A DNA stretch of 63,879 nt, filler included, from Reticulomyxa filosa (lineage: Eukaryota > Protista > Foraminifera), in NCBI GenBank assembly GCA_000512085.1. It is 8 parts of 8 records of this genome, joined end to end, with 100 filler letters (N's around TTAATTAATTAA, not from the genome) between each part and the next. Parts side by side here need not be neighbours in the genome. Positions count along the whole stretch, not along the records: positions 1 to 26,372 come from ASPP01007960.1; 7 more parts are not named here. One strand, written 5' to 3'. The notes beneath the pieces were generated by a model, which made no database searches, was not told the origin of the DNA, and saw nothing but the letters and a program-made list of their open reading frames with translations. The position numbers and the translations under genes are program-made. Below, piece by piece: positions 1 through 12,852 of the stretch (positions within the stretch are counted from its first letter, which is position 1; every line of letters begins with the position of its first letter).

Positions 1-85
1 TGTTCACTCGCATTTTTCTCTCTCTCTCTCTCACCCAATGATTGGTGTGTTTATATTTTTGCTAATCTCTTGCATTAAACAACAG

Positions 86-3000
86 GCACCCGCCATTCAA
101 AGTGCTGCACAAGAAGTGGAACAGCAATTCAAACATCGCAATGTTAAGAAAACACATGTTTTTCCTTTATTTCATTTTGTTTTTATTTATTTATTGAGCC
201 TTTCATTTGAAATGAAAACTAAAACTTTTGAAATACATAAAGACTTCAATAATCAACCTTCTGAGAGGGGGGAGGGGGGGTGTAACTGAAATTGAATAGA
301 GCGCGTTTGATACCTATGTACCCACGAGGCCAGAGATAGATCACGTTGGTACTCAAGAGTTTGAAAAGAGAACCGCAGATATAACCAGACATGTGTTAGC
401 CCGCCGAGATCGAGAAGAATTGGAACAAAGAGGAGTGTTACCGAAAAATTATTTGGGCCAGGTATTGATATTATTTGTTTATTTGTTTGTTTTGTCTTGT
501 GCAGTGAACGCCATCAAACTATAAACATTGCTCAGTTATATGGCGGCGAATCGCCCGCACCTGAGGAGGAGAAAAGACAAGGGAGAAGAAAAGCAAGAGA
601 GTCGTTACAGGTGTATCTAAAGCAAAGGCCATCGCTTATTGAAGTGCAACAGCGAGGAATTGGACATCCACTTTATTGGCAAGTCGATGACCCAGTTAAT
701 TATGGAATATATTATATATGTATATATGTATATATATATACATATATACATATACATATATATGCATATATAAATACAATAAACAGGACGAAGCAAGAAG
801 AATATTACAAGGAGAAGCTGAAAAAACGGAAAAGCATTTACAAACCTTTTTGACTCAACGAACAAAGCCGGAAGATGTTGTATATCGTGGCATTCTGCCG
901 GACACGGATTATTTCTTTGAAGACAAAGAAAGGGTTGAAGAGGCAAAGAAACGACGATTGGCAAGTAAAAAGAGCAACTTGTCGGAGCACTTTGCAAAAA
1001 AAGAGCAACAAAGAAGTGCGACGGGCGACAAGAACGACACAGTTGAGCCGATAACGGAAGAGGAAGAGAACCAGAGCAATACAATTGAAATAGCGATGGA
1101 AGGAGATACTTTCCCTGACCTAAACCAAATCGCAACAAGTCATCATCGCTATTCCAGTGCTGTGAACGATCTAAAAAATCATCTGCCATTTTCGAATGAA
1201 ACGGCGCAAGTGGTTGCGGAAACATTGATATCACGCATCGAACAAGCACGTCCAGATATTGCTTTTTGTCGTGATCCCAATTGCAAGGACCCATCGCACA
1301 GTCATATCCAGAACGACGTTCCAAATGATCGGAGAGAGTCGATGGAATTGCCCTATGGCAGGAGCAGCATTTCTCAGGCAGACACCGCCTTATTGGAACA
1401 GTCTCTCAGGCGTAGACAAAGCATTGCTGAGCTTGGACAAAAGGGTGTCATACGTAACTCTCACATTGCCAGAGGCTTGCAACCTGCTGCTGCTGATTTA
1501 GAGAATCGCTTGGAAAATCGAATGATCAGGCAGCAAATGGAAACTTTGGGATTGGTGCGAAGACCATCATTGGTTTAGTAATGTTGTATTTTTATTTTTT
1601 TTATTTTTTATTTTGTTTAAAGTTTGCCTCCACGCAAAAAAAAATAATAATGACAAAAAAAAAGGCTGATTCGCTTCAACCTCAAGCAGAAGCACTGGAA
1701 ACCCTGTTCCAACGGCGACAATTAGATATATCACCAACAGATGCCCATCCATTGAACTCCAAAACGGCGTTCAAAAACGAAGTGGCTCCGTCGATCACTG
1801 CAGCTGCCAAGGCGGTGAACCGAAGACGTATGAGCTTCAAGCTCAACCAAGCGTTGGCTGGCAGGAGAGATTATCAGAATCTGGTCGATGATGGAATTGT
1901 TCTAAGCGACCGAATCGCGCCGACGTTGCATGCGCAAGCACAGTCGTTGCAAGAGAAACTCAAAGAACGAGTCACAGAACATTACTTGAAGAGAAAAGGC
2001 GTTTTACCTGCGAAATTGGACTTGGATAGCGCCTTGCAAAGTGTGGCGGGCACTCTGCAAGAAAGCTTGGTCGTACGTCCATCTCTGGTGCATGACGAGG
2101 CATTTGTCCAAGCGATGGTACAACATGTCGATCTTGATTCAATAAGGCCAAAGGGAATTGTTGAAGAAATGGAAGAAATCGAGGTGTGTTCGATTGGAAC
2201 TTTGAGTATATATGTATATATACATATATTATATATATGTTTTTTTACTCCATTTCCATTCCTCTGTTGCTCAGGAATTTCAAGCAAAACGCGAAGACAT
2301 TACAAACAAATTGGCCCGACGGTTGTCCCTACGTGCAACTCCACAAGAACTGCAACAACGCAATGTGATTCCATTGGAAGGGGATTACTTTGACGACGCG
2401 TCTGGTGCGATTGAGTTGAAGGAAATTCGCCATCGATTGGCCAAAGAAGATTTGAAAAAGAAAATGTTCAATCGTGTGACGCCAAAAGAGTTGGTGCAAA
2501 GAGGACTGACACGGGAAGAATATCTGCAAATGGACAGAGAACAGGCAGATGTCGCAATCAAAGAATCCCGCAAAGGGGCAATCCAAGCTTTGTCCAAAAA
2601 ATTGAACGAACTTTATAATCCCTTTCAAAAATTGGAAACCATCGGAGTGGTTCCTCAGGGTTATTTCGAACAAAGAGTTACGTTGGGTCTTGTCTATTTG
2701 TTATTGTTATATGTAATACGTATATGTATACATATATACCAACGTATAGGCGGAAGATATCTCGTCCGGACATCGAAGACAAGAAAGTGTAGTACAAGAG
2801 CTGCAACAACGATTCCTGGAAAGGCCAGAATTTGCGGAGGTGGTCGCGGAAGGAATTGTGGACGAGTTGGGACGTCCGCAAAGACCTGATGATGAATGGA
2901 ATGACACATAAACAACGAACAAAGCGCAGATGAAAACGAATGGGGGTCGGATCGAGCGCAGGAAAAGCGATTGGAAGATTTAGAGCAGCGAATCTCGCGA

Positions 3001-6000
3001 CGCCCTGATCAGCAAGAGTTGATGAAAAAACAAATCTTGTATTCCACAGATATGGCCCCTGCCATTCAAAACAATGCCAAGCAATTGCAACGAGGCTTGC
3101 AACGACGCAAGTCAATTGACGATATTGTGGCGTTGGGCATTATCCACGACAATAGCCAAGCACCTGCCATTCAGTCTGCAGCCGACTCATTGGAAAAAGA
3201 AATCACGCGCCAACAGCTCAGCAAATCGATCAAGCAACGTCCAGATAAACTGTATTTGGAAAACAATCGCGTGCTTGTCAACGAGGAGGTCAATAAACAC
3301 GAAAAAAAATATGTCCGCGAAAAGTTGCAACAGCAATTAGGACGCGAACGTCGTCCGACCATGATGGACCTGGAACTGCGAGGGGTTGTCCCCGAAGGCT
3401 ATTTCTCCAGTGCCGAACGCGCAATTACCTTGCAACATCGAAACAGACAATCGGTCATCGATGACTTGAAATTACGTTTGGAGCAAAGGCCCGATTATTC
3501 CAGAATGCTTGCATCTGGACTTTTGCAAAAAGCTCTGGTATTTATTGTATAATCGTTGTGTATCTTTTTCTTTTTTTTTTAAAAAAAAAAAAAAAAAAAA
3601 GGGGGACATTGAATTTTTTTTATTTAAATAGGAACACCATGAGGCCAAACAACAACTGGAAAAATTCGCGAGTGAACTGGAATCCCCTGAAGCAAGAGCG
3701 AATGCGAAGGCAGCGAAATCAGCTTTGGAAGAGAAGTTGGACAGAGAGAGAAGACCAAGCTATGTCGACTTGCAGAAAAAAAATATACTGAAAAAATCAT
3801 TCAATCCAAATGTAGACGCAATGGCAAATGCATCGGCAAAGGCTGAATTGGAAAGACACGCCTTGGAACATAACTTGAAGTTTCAATTAGCATCGCGAAG
3901 AGATCCAGAAGACATGGTCGACTCTGGATATTTATACTATCCGGTCAATGACGAGCGAGCGCTTTCGCCTGGATTACACGGCGTTGCCCATGAATTGCAA
4001 GAGAATTTGAAAGAAAGACCACATGAGGAGTACTTGATTCAAAAAGGAATTATACACAAAGACGAGTCCCCTGACGATGAAAACCACCCCCGACAGGGCT
4101 ATCCCGATAATGCGACAGAAGAAGTCGAGGAAGAGGAGGAGGAACGCAACCAACACGCACAGGGACGACAAGTGACAACGACTCAGAAATCCTCCAATCG
4201 CTTCGCTTATCAAACAAAACCACAAAGATCACAAGACATGCCACAATTGATCCACCAAGATGTACATGAGCCGCATTTGGAAGTTGATGTGTTGGTACCG
4301 GAACCGGAATTGAGCGATGTTGCCATCAAGTCTTCTCCGCTGGCGTTCATGAATGTGCTTGATTCTCTCCAGGAGCTCAATGAAGCTAAAATTGATATTG
4401 CCAATAAGTACATAACCCAAATGAAAGACAAGGCAACAGTTTTGTAAAACAAATTGTATCGGCTTTTATTAGTACCTTTGGCTTTTGACATCACAATAAA
4501 AATAATGCAAATGTACATCCAAGTCAATTTGACCAGATAACAAATAAACTTTTTTTTTTTTTTCTCTTAGAAACTTTTTGAAACCAAGTCGTTGTTCCAA
4601 AAAATCGAGAAATATGGATTGGACCATTTGGATGTGGAATTTAAATCCTGTGGAGATGTGGACGCGGACTTGGAAGCACTGAAAAACGAACTGATCCAAT
4701 TGCAAACTGACTTGTACAAAATGGATGACGAATATCGGCCTGTGCATTCCAAGTTACGGCAAATCAACACAATAGGAAACGATTTGGAAAAGTACCAAGA
4801 CAACTACCAGTCGACCATGGCGCAGTTGAGACGTGTGCATACCAGGATCAATCAAGTGTTGCTGGAACACCAAACTCAACGTGACAGCGCCATGACGGCA
4901 TTGCAAGCAACGGAATTGCAACAAGCAGTAATGAAATCAAAAATTAGTGACAAAATCGCAGAGACGTTAGTGAACATTGATCGGTTGGAACAACAATTGA
5001 GAGAAGCAAAAGAAGAGCGAATTGCGGCCCAATCTTATGCCACCTCCGTGACTGGCTTGTACCGAAGCTATTTTGGCACGGCACAACAAGAGCATCAATT
5101 CGAACAGGAGTGCAAATCTCCAAAGGAATTGGAACTCGAAGACGAATTGAACATGTCCAAAAACTTTTTGACTGGGTTGAACGAATTTCTGAAAGGATTG
5201 AAAAAATTGAGAAAAGAACAAAGAAACAAAGTTGCCCATTTGGAACAAGTCATCGAACAGTTCCACAAACAAAGGGCTGCTGTCGCCGAAAAAATCGGAA
5301 CTTTAGAAAGTGAAGCTATCGAAAAGTTGCGCACTATTCGTCATCAATTCATTGCACCGTTGCAAGAGCAATTGATTTTACAAGATAGACCACAGAATCA
5401 ATTTCTTCTTCAGTTACTATCATCTTTAATATATACATATACATATATGCATGTATATATTACATAATATATAAGAGGATGTTTTCATTTGCTCTTTTAT
5501 AAGTGTTTTTCTTTTGTCTTGTACAGAGAGAGCAATGACAACGAAACTAAAACATATGGTGGTCCTGCGTTATCATTGGAAGATATCCTGAAAAAACGAG
5601 TCAACCGAATGAATCAAGTGTACAAAAAATTACGCGACTTAGAAAGCAGGGCGATGACAACTGGAAGTCGTGAGTATTTGCGTGGGTTGACAGAAATCAC
5701 TGAGTTACAAGTCATTATGAGAAACCAGTATTTGAAATACTTTTTCACTACCTTTGTTACCAAGGCCAATCAAATGTTCCATGACTTGCAACTAGCATCA
5801 ATTGCAATTACTGAAAAAACTTCCAGTTGGGAATTATATGTCTTAAAAAAAAAAAAAAGAAAGGACTCGATTTGAGTTTTAGACCAAAAAAAGTTGAACG
5901 AATTGTGTTGCACAGGTGCCAATGATCCAAGTGTCACCAATCTGTCCGGGGTCAAAACGTTGGTTCGAGTGTTAGAACGCAACAAACGATCCGTCCATCT

Positions 6001-6379
6001 AGCAGAGGATATAGAAGAAGCGATGAGATTTGTGGAGGCAATGCCTGACCGCGAAATAGTCATTATGCAAGTCGCTCGACACTTGGCACTTGCGACGCCA
6101 TACAAACAGTTCATCACTGGCAAACATCGCCCTCCTAGCATGATGCCATCGCTCCCAGAAAATGATAACCGTGATCTGAATAACTCTTACGTGCTTCTGG
6201 AACTTTTCATTACAAAGTTGTTGGAAGAATGGATTGGTTCAGTGTGCAATGCTTTTGGCAAGACAATCGCAACAAGTGTAAGGATAGCACTTGAGGATGA
6301 TGTCATTGCCCAAGTGCGGCCTTCCAATGCAGCAAGACTGATTATTAACTGTGTCTGGGGCTTGGATAGTGCCTTGTAA
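86..6379 (+). CDS. Large multi-exon RPEL-repeat protein (putative G-actin binding) with C-terminal coiled coil; 5' end outside window
   Basis: GT-AG introns join the ORFs in frame (e.g. exons 86-142, 300-461, 536-694, 788-~1572, 1665-2183, 2275-2677, 2750-~3537, 3632-~4438, 4571-). Many R-P-x-x-x-E-L-x-x-[RK]-x-I-L-like motifs (RRPDQQELMKKQIL, ERPHEEYLIQKGII, LRATPQELQQRNVIP). One apparent frameshift at 2905-2909. Confidence 0.8.
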
Positions 6380-6881
6380 TTAGATAAACTGATACAAAAT
6401 ATAACAATATAAAAATACTCTTTATTTCTGTGTTAAGTACCATTCTAATGTATAGTGGTTTGTGCAGAAAATGAATGTTTACAAATGCCTTTTTTTTTCA
6501 CCTGAGAGTTTTGTGTTGAGGTTTTGTGCGATTGATGTTGAGATAACTTTGTATGAGTCTATGTGTCCATTTGGAGTTTAACTGGACCTTTAACCAGAAC
6601 GAATTTTGACACTCAAAACACTCTTTGTCATTTCACAATCCATTTCGTGGCGATATTACTACTTTTTCTTTTAATCAATAATTCTCAGCAAAAGTCAAGT
6701 ATTTTAGTAAAAATTACAAATATTTTGAGTTTGTGCAACCAATCGTGGAAAGTAATAATTGCATTTGTTCGTTGAAGATTCTAAAGGTATGTAAAATAAA
6801 AACCAGCCCGAACGTTTAAAAAAATTTTTTTGCGCCCAGGCTTGGCTATACCGAAACAAATAAATATTACTAAACGATTTA

Positions 6882-8396
6882 ATGTCCACAAAAAAAAAGA
6901 GTAGAGATCCACTATTCCGAGAGAAAGTGACGAATTTTAGCAAAGAGTTGACAGACTTTGCCCAAAAAAACGGAAACACAGGTAAAAAACGGCCTTCAAA
7001 TCAACATCAGTGCTTTGTTTGTGCTTGTAGAACGTACACATCAGAGTCACTTTTTTTTCTCTTATCTATTCTCGTTTGTTAAGTTGTAAAAATAGAGCCA
7101 GAAGCACATAACAAACATACAGATTACAAAAAAAAAATACGCTTTCACACTTGCCCAAAGTGTGAAATGAAGCCAATACTCGATGTTATCAAAATGCGAG
7201 TAACCAGAGAATATCTTTTTCCCTGTATATGTATGGAAAAAAGTGCATCAACAAACACCAATAAGCATATATGTTGCACTGAGACACCGGCGCGGATGAT
7301 TAGCGATTTATCTGACGGACACAAAGTATACATTGATATGTTTTGTAAAATAAGTCATGTAAATGGAAACGAATGCACAACCAAGATCTCTTGGAAAAGA
7401 ATACAACAAACAACGTGGAACAGAAATAGCCAGCCACAAGTTTAGTAACTGTTCAGATGTTTTATTGTTTTTGTATGTTTGATTTATCATTAGGCATAAC
7501 AAAAGATTATAATTTTTTTATACGTATAATTCATTTATTGTTTTAGATTTATTGTACTAAGCCCCATAAAAAAAATGTTACAGTGCGATAATATTCGTAT
7601 CACTGCAATAAAAAAGGCATTCGCCACTATTGGAAGCAGTAGTTGGGGTGATATAGAATTACATGTGACAGGGCCCGATTTAGTAAAAAAAAAACCTTAC
7701 ACAAGATTGGGGGTAGGATTAAACATGATTTCGAGAAAAGATTGGAGACCTGGATTCCTGTTTATGAGCACTACGGACCCAACATTACAGGCCGATATAA
7801 AATTAGAACTCAGTTTTCCGAATTTGTTTGAAGGTTTGTTGTCCTTTTTTTTTATCGCACGGACTCAGTCTTTTTTTTTTTTTTGTACCTCCGAATAGTA
7901 AAAAAAAAAAGATCAAAGCTGTTTGCTTTTTGACAAAAAAGGGGAAATTTTGTTGGCCTGGCCAAAACAAGATTGTCCTCAAGAATATGAAACAGTGTTT
8001 CATATCAAAAATACCTCAAATTTTAAAGATATGGTCCTTTTTAGCAAGTACGATAATATCCTTTACCACAATGACATTCAAAATCAATTTGTTGAAATGG
8101 AAGAAAAACAATTAAAAAAAAAAAATGAAAGGCACGTCATAAATGTAAGTGAAAGCAATTATGACCATGACTCAGATCTGAATATGTTAATTGCTGGTCC
8201 TGTTTCGCTTGATTTTGATATGATTGATTTGCGCCTGAGTACGCATAAAGAATGGCTTGCTTTCCAATCCAGTGATGAAATATATAGCACGCAAGATGAT
8301 TTTGTATCAACGGATAAATACTTTAATTTTGAAACAATGTCTGGGTTTGATTCAAACGTATTTTTTGACGAATCCAGCGAATATTTAAATAACTAG
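6882..8396 (+). CDS. Hypothetical 4-exon protein with Cys-rich N-terminal half
   Basis: ORFs 6882, 7167, 7575 and 7923 join through phase-compatible GT-AG introns; no family motif recognised. Confidence 0.55.
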
Positions 8397-9266
8397 TATA
8401 GTAGAAATGTGACAAAAGCTTAACAAAATTTTTTCGTAGCAAGTACAAAAATTTTTTGTTTGCCTATTTTTTTAATGTTTTTACAATAAAGTTCTTTGTT
8501 ATTGTTCTAATCTAAATATTGATATGTCCCACAATTTCTTCACATAAAAAGATGTTTTCAAAACATAGACAATTTCAATTGATCTAAAAAAAAATTTATG
8601 CCGAATGGCCAATCATGGAAACTGTGTATCAGTAAAGCAGGTCTAATCGAAAAAACTCAGAAACTTGATTATCAATGCTGAATGATTGACGCAAGTGGCA
8701 ATATTGTGCTTGGTGACGCAATAAGGACAAAAAATTTGCAGTTATAAAAACATTTTATATATCCAAATAACAGCCAACGAAGAATCACAGGGTTTCATTT
8801 CACTACTTTTTTTAAAATTTTTTTTATTTAAAAACACGTCATTTTTGAAAAGAAAATGTCTATAGCAACAAAATCCTAGAAATAGAATCATAAGTCCCAA
8901 GAGTGCAATTTTCATGAATTATTGTTATGAAATATAATGAGACTTTTACTTCTACAAGTGACTTTTTTTGACAACTTAGTCATAAAATTTTTAAGGTGTT
9001 TCAAATAATTTTAATGTTTTACTGCAATTTTTTTTATCGTTACGCTTTGAGCAAGATCTGTATACTTACTTGTACCTCTCAAATTTTTTGTATCACAGGT
9101 TGCATACGTAGCGTTTCTTACCATCTGTTTTGGTAGGTTTTTAAGCAACGGAAAGACATTTTTGGATTTTTTCCGCTAAAATATTGACAAAAAACAAAGT
9201 AAAAAACTTGAAGTTTAAACGAAAGGTTTAACAAACTGGAAAAGTTCCATTTTGCGAAAATTATCG

Positions 9267-12200
9267 ATGCCAGTTTAGTCTCTCCTCTCTCTGGACTATC
9301 TTATCTGAGAAAATAGGACCAAAAGGACAAATATGCAAACAAAAAAAACATAAAAACAAACTGTTGCTGGATATTTTAGGTCCAAAAACGCCGATTGCAG
9401 CAGGTTTTTATTATTTTTGTTAACACAAAGTTTTTTATTGTGCATCAACAAAAAAAGATTGTTGACTGACATAATGAAAACAAGGATGCTGGTGAGACTG
9501 AGACGTCTCAAAAACGTCGTCGATATAATTCGGAACAAGTGTCCGAGTCTAAATTACCGAATTCGCCAGCGGAAGAAACAGAGGTGAATCCTCCAAAGCG
9601 CAGGAGACGAACCCACCGGCGATCAGAAAAAAACACAATCTCAGACAATGAAGTTTAGTTTGGGGAAAAGAAAAAAACACTCAAAAAAATTTGCAAACAA
9701 AACAAAAACGGTATTAAAAAATTTATATTCCTCTGTTTGTTATACAACATTTATGTCGGTGTTTTTTAAATAAAAACAAGAAAACAGCACAATCAAAAAT
9801 CCGAAATGAAACGGATGATGTTGAATACCCCAACAGTGATGATGGTGTGGCGCAACAGTTATATGGTGTCACACCAAGCAATGAAAAAGACGAAGACGAG
9901 GAACAAAACAATGAGATATCACCGAAAACAAAAGAAAAAGAAAAGAAAGGAGGAAAAAATGCTGACAAAGAAAATTCGAGCAAAGTGATAAATAAAGGTA
10001 ACAAAAAGGATTCAAGGCGTCGTGAATCAGCAGTTAAAAAAAAATGTTTTTTTTTCTTTTTACAGATAATAACAGAACACAGCTCATGTTCAACCAATCA
10101 AAAACAAAAAAAGCTTGAAAAATTGGCAGAAACGAGCGAGGCAAACAGCAGCAACATTGGAAAAAATGATAAATCGAAGCAAGGTGCAGAAAATACAATA
10201 GAATCATCACCACCGCCGCCACTGCCGTTACAACAACGCTCACAAGAGCAAGACGAGACGATGTCTCTTCCAAAAGTGACGAAGCAACCTATTCGCTCCG
10301 CCACATTAAGTGACTTGAACAAACACACAAATGAGTTTTTCAAACATGCCAAATATTTAAGTGCCTCTATTCAAGCACTTAAACCACTCATGAACAAATC
10401 CCTGACCTTTAAACAAGAACAGGTGCATAACCGTATGTTTTTGTTTGTCCTTGCTTTTTTTATTATAAACAAAATAAACATATCAATGCATATATATAAT
10501 AAATATGAAAAGATGACGAACTATAATGAACTTTTGAAAGAATGCAAAAAAGTGAGCGAACAATTTGAAAAAGGGATATCGGATTTAAGCAATAGAGTAA
10601 AACATTTGATGGAGGAAAAAAAGAAGTCCGACGACAAAGTGAAGGCACAATTTCAAACGTTGCATCAGCGCTATGAAGAATTGGCAAAGAAAGCTGCTAC
10701 AAAAGATCCAGTGTTAGCACAAGAGAATCAATCCTTGAAAGCCACTCTTGAAAGTTATTTACTTATTATTATTATTATTTTTTGTTTAAATGAAAAATCG
10801 AATATAAATATAAAAATGTACAAGTATAGACCAACAAGAACAAGTGGCATCACTGGAAAGCGAATTGCAAGAAGTAAAAAAACAATTGCAAGACTGCCAG
10901 GAACAAAATAGTCAAAAAGATATTGAAATGGAAGCACAAATGTCAGAATTACGACTCAGACATACACACGAGCTGGAAATAATCGCAGCAAAATATAAAA
11001 TTGAAGAAAATCGATTGGAAATGAAATATCGAAATTTGGAAATCCAAATGAGCGATTATAAAGAAGAAATGAAACGAAAAGCAAGAGAGGAAGCAACTCA
11101 AACTGCAATTGTTATTGGACAATTAGAAAGAGAAAATGATGCATTAAAAGAGGAAATTCAATCATTGAAATCAGTTCCTTTATTAACTTTTGATTTCTTT
11201 TTTTAAAAAAAAAGCAATGCAGCGTCAAAGCCAATAGAAACAAATAAATCAATAAATTAATAACAAAAGGTAAATTCCAAGATAATGGCAAATAACTCCG
11301 AGCAAACGAATGCACAGTCACATCAAAATGCGATGCTGGAACAAGGACAAGAAACAGAAGTCAATGGAATGCTTGACACTCCAAATAGTGCTATGATTAG
11401 TCCTTGCTATGGTGACGTCAGCAGTTTAATAAATGCGGTTCAGACACGAAGATCTTCCATGCCTATTCGATCTCCATTGTCGGTACGCTCTCAACATGTT
11501 TTGGAAGTAGAATCTCGTATTGAATCGCTCAAACAGGAATTTGAAAAGTCTAAACTTGATATTACTAGTTATCAACATCAATGTTAAGTTTGTATTTTCC
11601 AATTGCTTCAAACCACTTCTGAAGATATGGTTTAGTATATAAGATTGTTTTCTAACGTCTTGATTTTAAACAAATAGTGAATGAAAACAAAAAAGAAACA
11701 AAAACATTGCAAGAACAATTGGAAGAGGCACAAATACAACATCGAAACGCATTGAGAGAACAAGAGATATTGATGCAAGTGGTTGGACTGTATGAAATGA
11801 TAACTGCAACAAAGATTAAATGCATAGATGATCCAATTTTGCAAGATGCACCGACATCAGAACGAGTTGACACATCTGGGAATGGAGCCAGTGGTCACTG
11901 TTCTCCTCAAACCAATTTGTCCAATGACAAAAATATAAATGAAAAAGAAAATAGTGACCCTGAACAATCTACAAAAGAAAATCCAAACTCTGAATCTGCA
12001 GTTAATGACTGCATTGAACATCGTGCTGTTCGATTTGAATGCAAATCGCTGAACCCTCAGACAAACTCGAGTTATATACTATATATTATTTCTGGTATAC
12101 GCGAACTTATTGCACACAAATATAATTTGATAAATAGTGTTGACGTTTATATTGAGCACCTACATTAATTTTGTTGATTACAATCTCATCAGTGCGCATA

Positions 12201-12498
12201 ATTTTGATTCATTACCTGAATTTTTGGCGTCTGAAATGTTAAACATATATTATTGTTATTTATCTTAATAATATGTATAACTGAATGTTTTTTGTGAAAC
12301 AGGTCATTTTATGATAGTTCTGCTCCATTATTTATAAAAGAGTTGCTAGATGTTTTATTTGGAAAAAATAAAATTGTTCCTTTAGACAGTGATATGACGA
12401 GAAGTTTTTTATCAACAAATCGACCACCTTCAAAACAAACTTCCTTCACCAATGCATCCACAAATAATACCGTTGATTTACTTACAATATCCAATTAA
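9267..12498 (+). CDS. Long coiled-coil protein with C-terminal Csm1/Pcs1 (monopolin)-like RWD domain
   Basis: The spliced C-terminus reads LYEMITATKIK...VRFECKSLNPQTNSMLTFILSTYINFVDYNLISAHNFDSLPEFLASEMSFYDSSAPLFIKELLDVL, matching the recalled Csm1/TITAN9 pattern. Stop at 12496-12498. Start is uncertain because of an in-frame TGA at 9467. Confidence 0.6.
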
Positions 12499-12852
12499 AG
12501 TATATCCTCAATAAAAGGTGTGGTTAAACGGTTTTATGATTGTTATGCCAAATATTTTCAGTTGCAAATTTTTGAATTTTTCAACAACAAAAACACATTG
12601 TTTTGTGCGTCGCGTTTGTATGTATGTTAGTGGGAATTAAATTTTCATTTCTTCCCAATATGCTTTTCCGTGTTACTTTGTTTTTTTTATTTACATCTTG
12701 AATCAGAATACTGACCATTTTCTCTCTTCTTCAAAAACATTTTTTGAGTGAACAACGTTGAAATATACAATATATTACTCAATCTCAAAGTTTTCTCTTT
12801 TTACTTTTTTGTATTTAAAAGATATACAACGGCCAAAACATCTCACAAATCT

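Noticed and set aside
705-775. TA/TATACA runs (also about 2210, 58980, 60225) as regulatory or telomeric repeats
   Set aside because: Ordinary intronic microsatellites.
617-1324. Long antisense ORFs (also 39572-40327, 56215-56814, 57646-58203)
   Set aside because: Shadows of real genes on the opposite strand that read through intron microsatellites.
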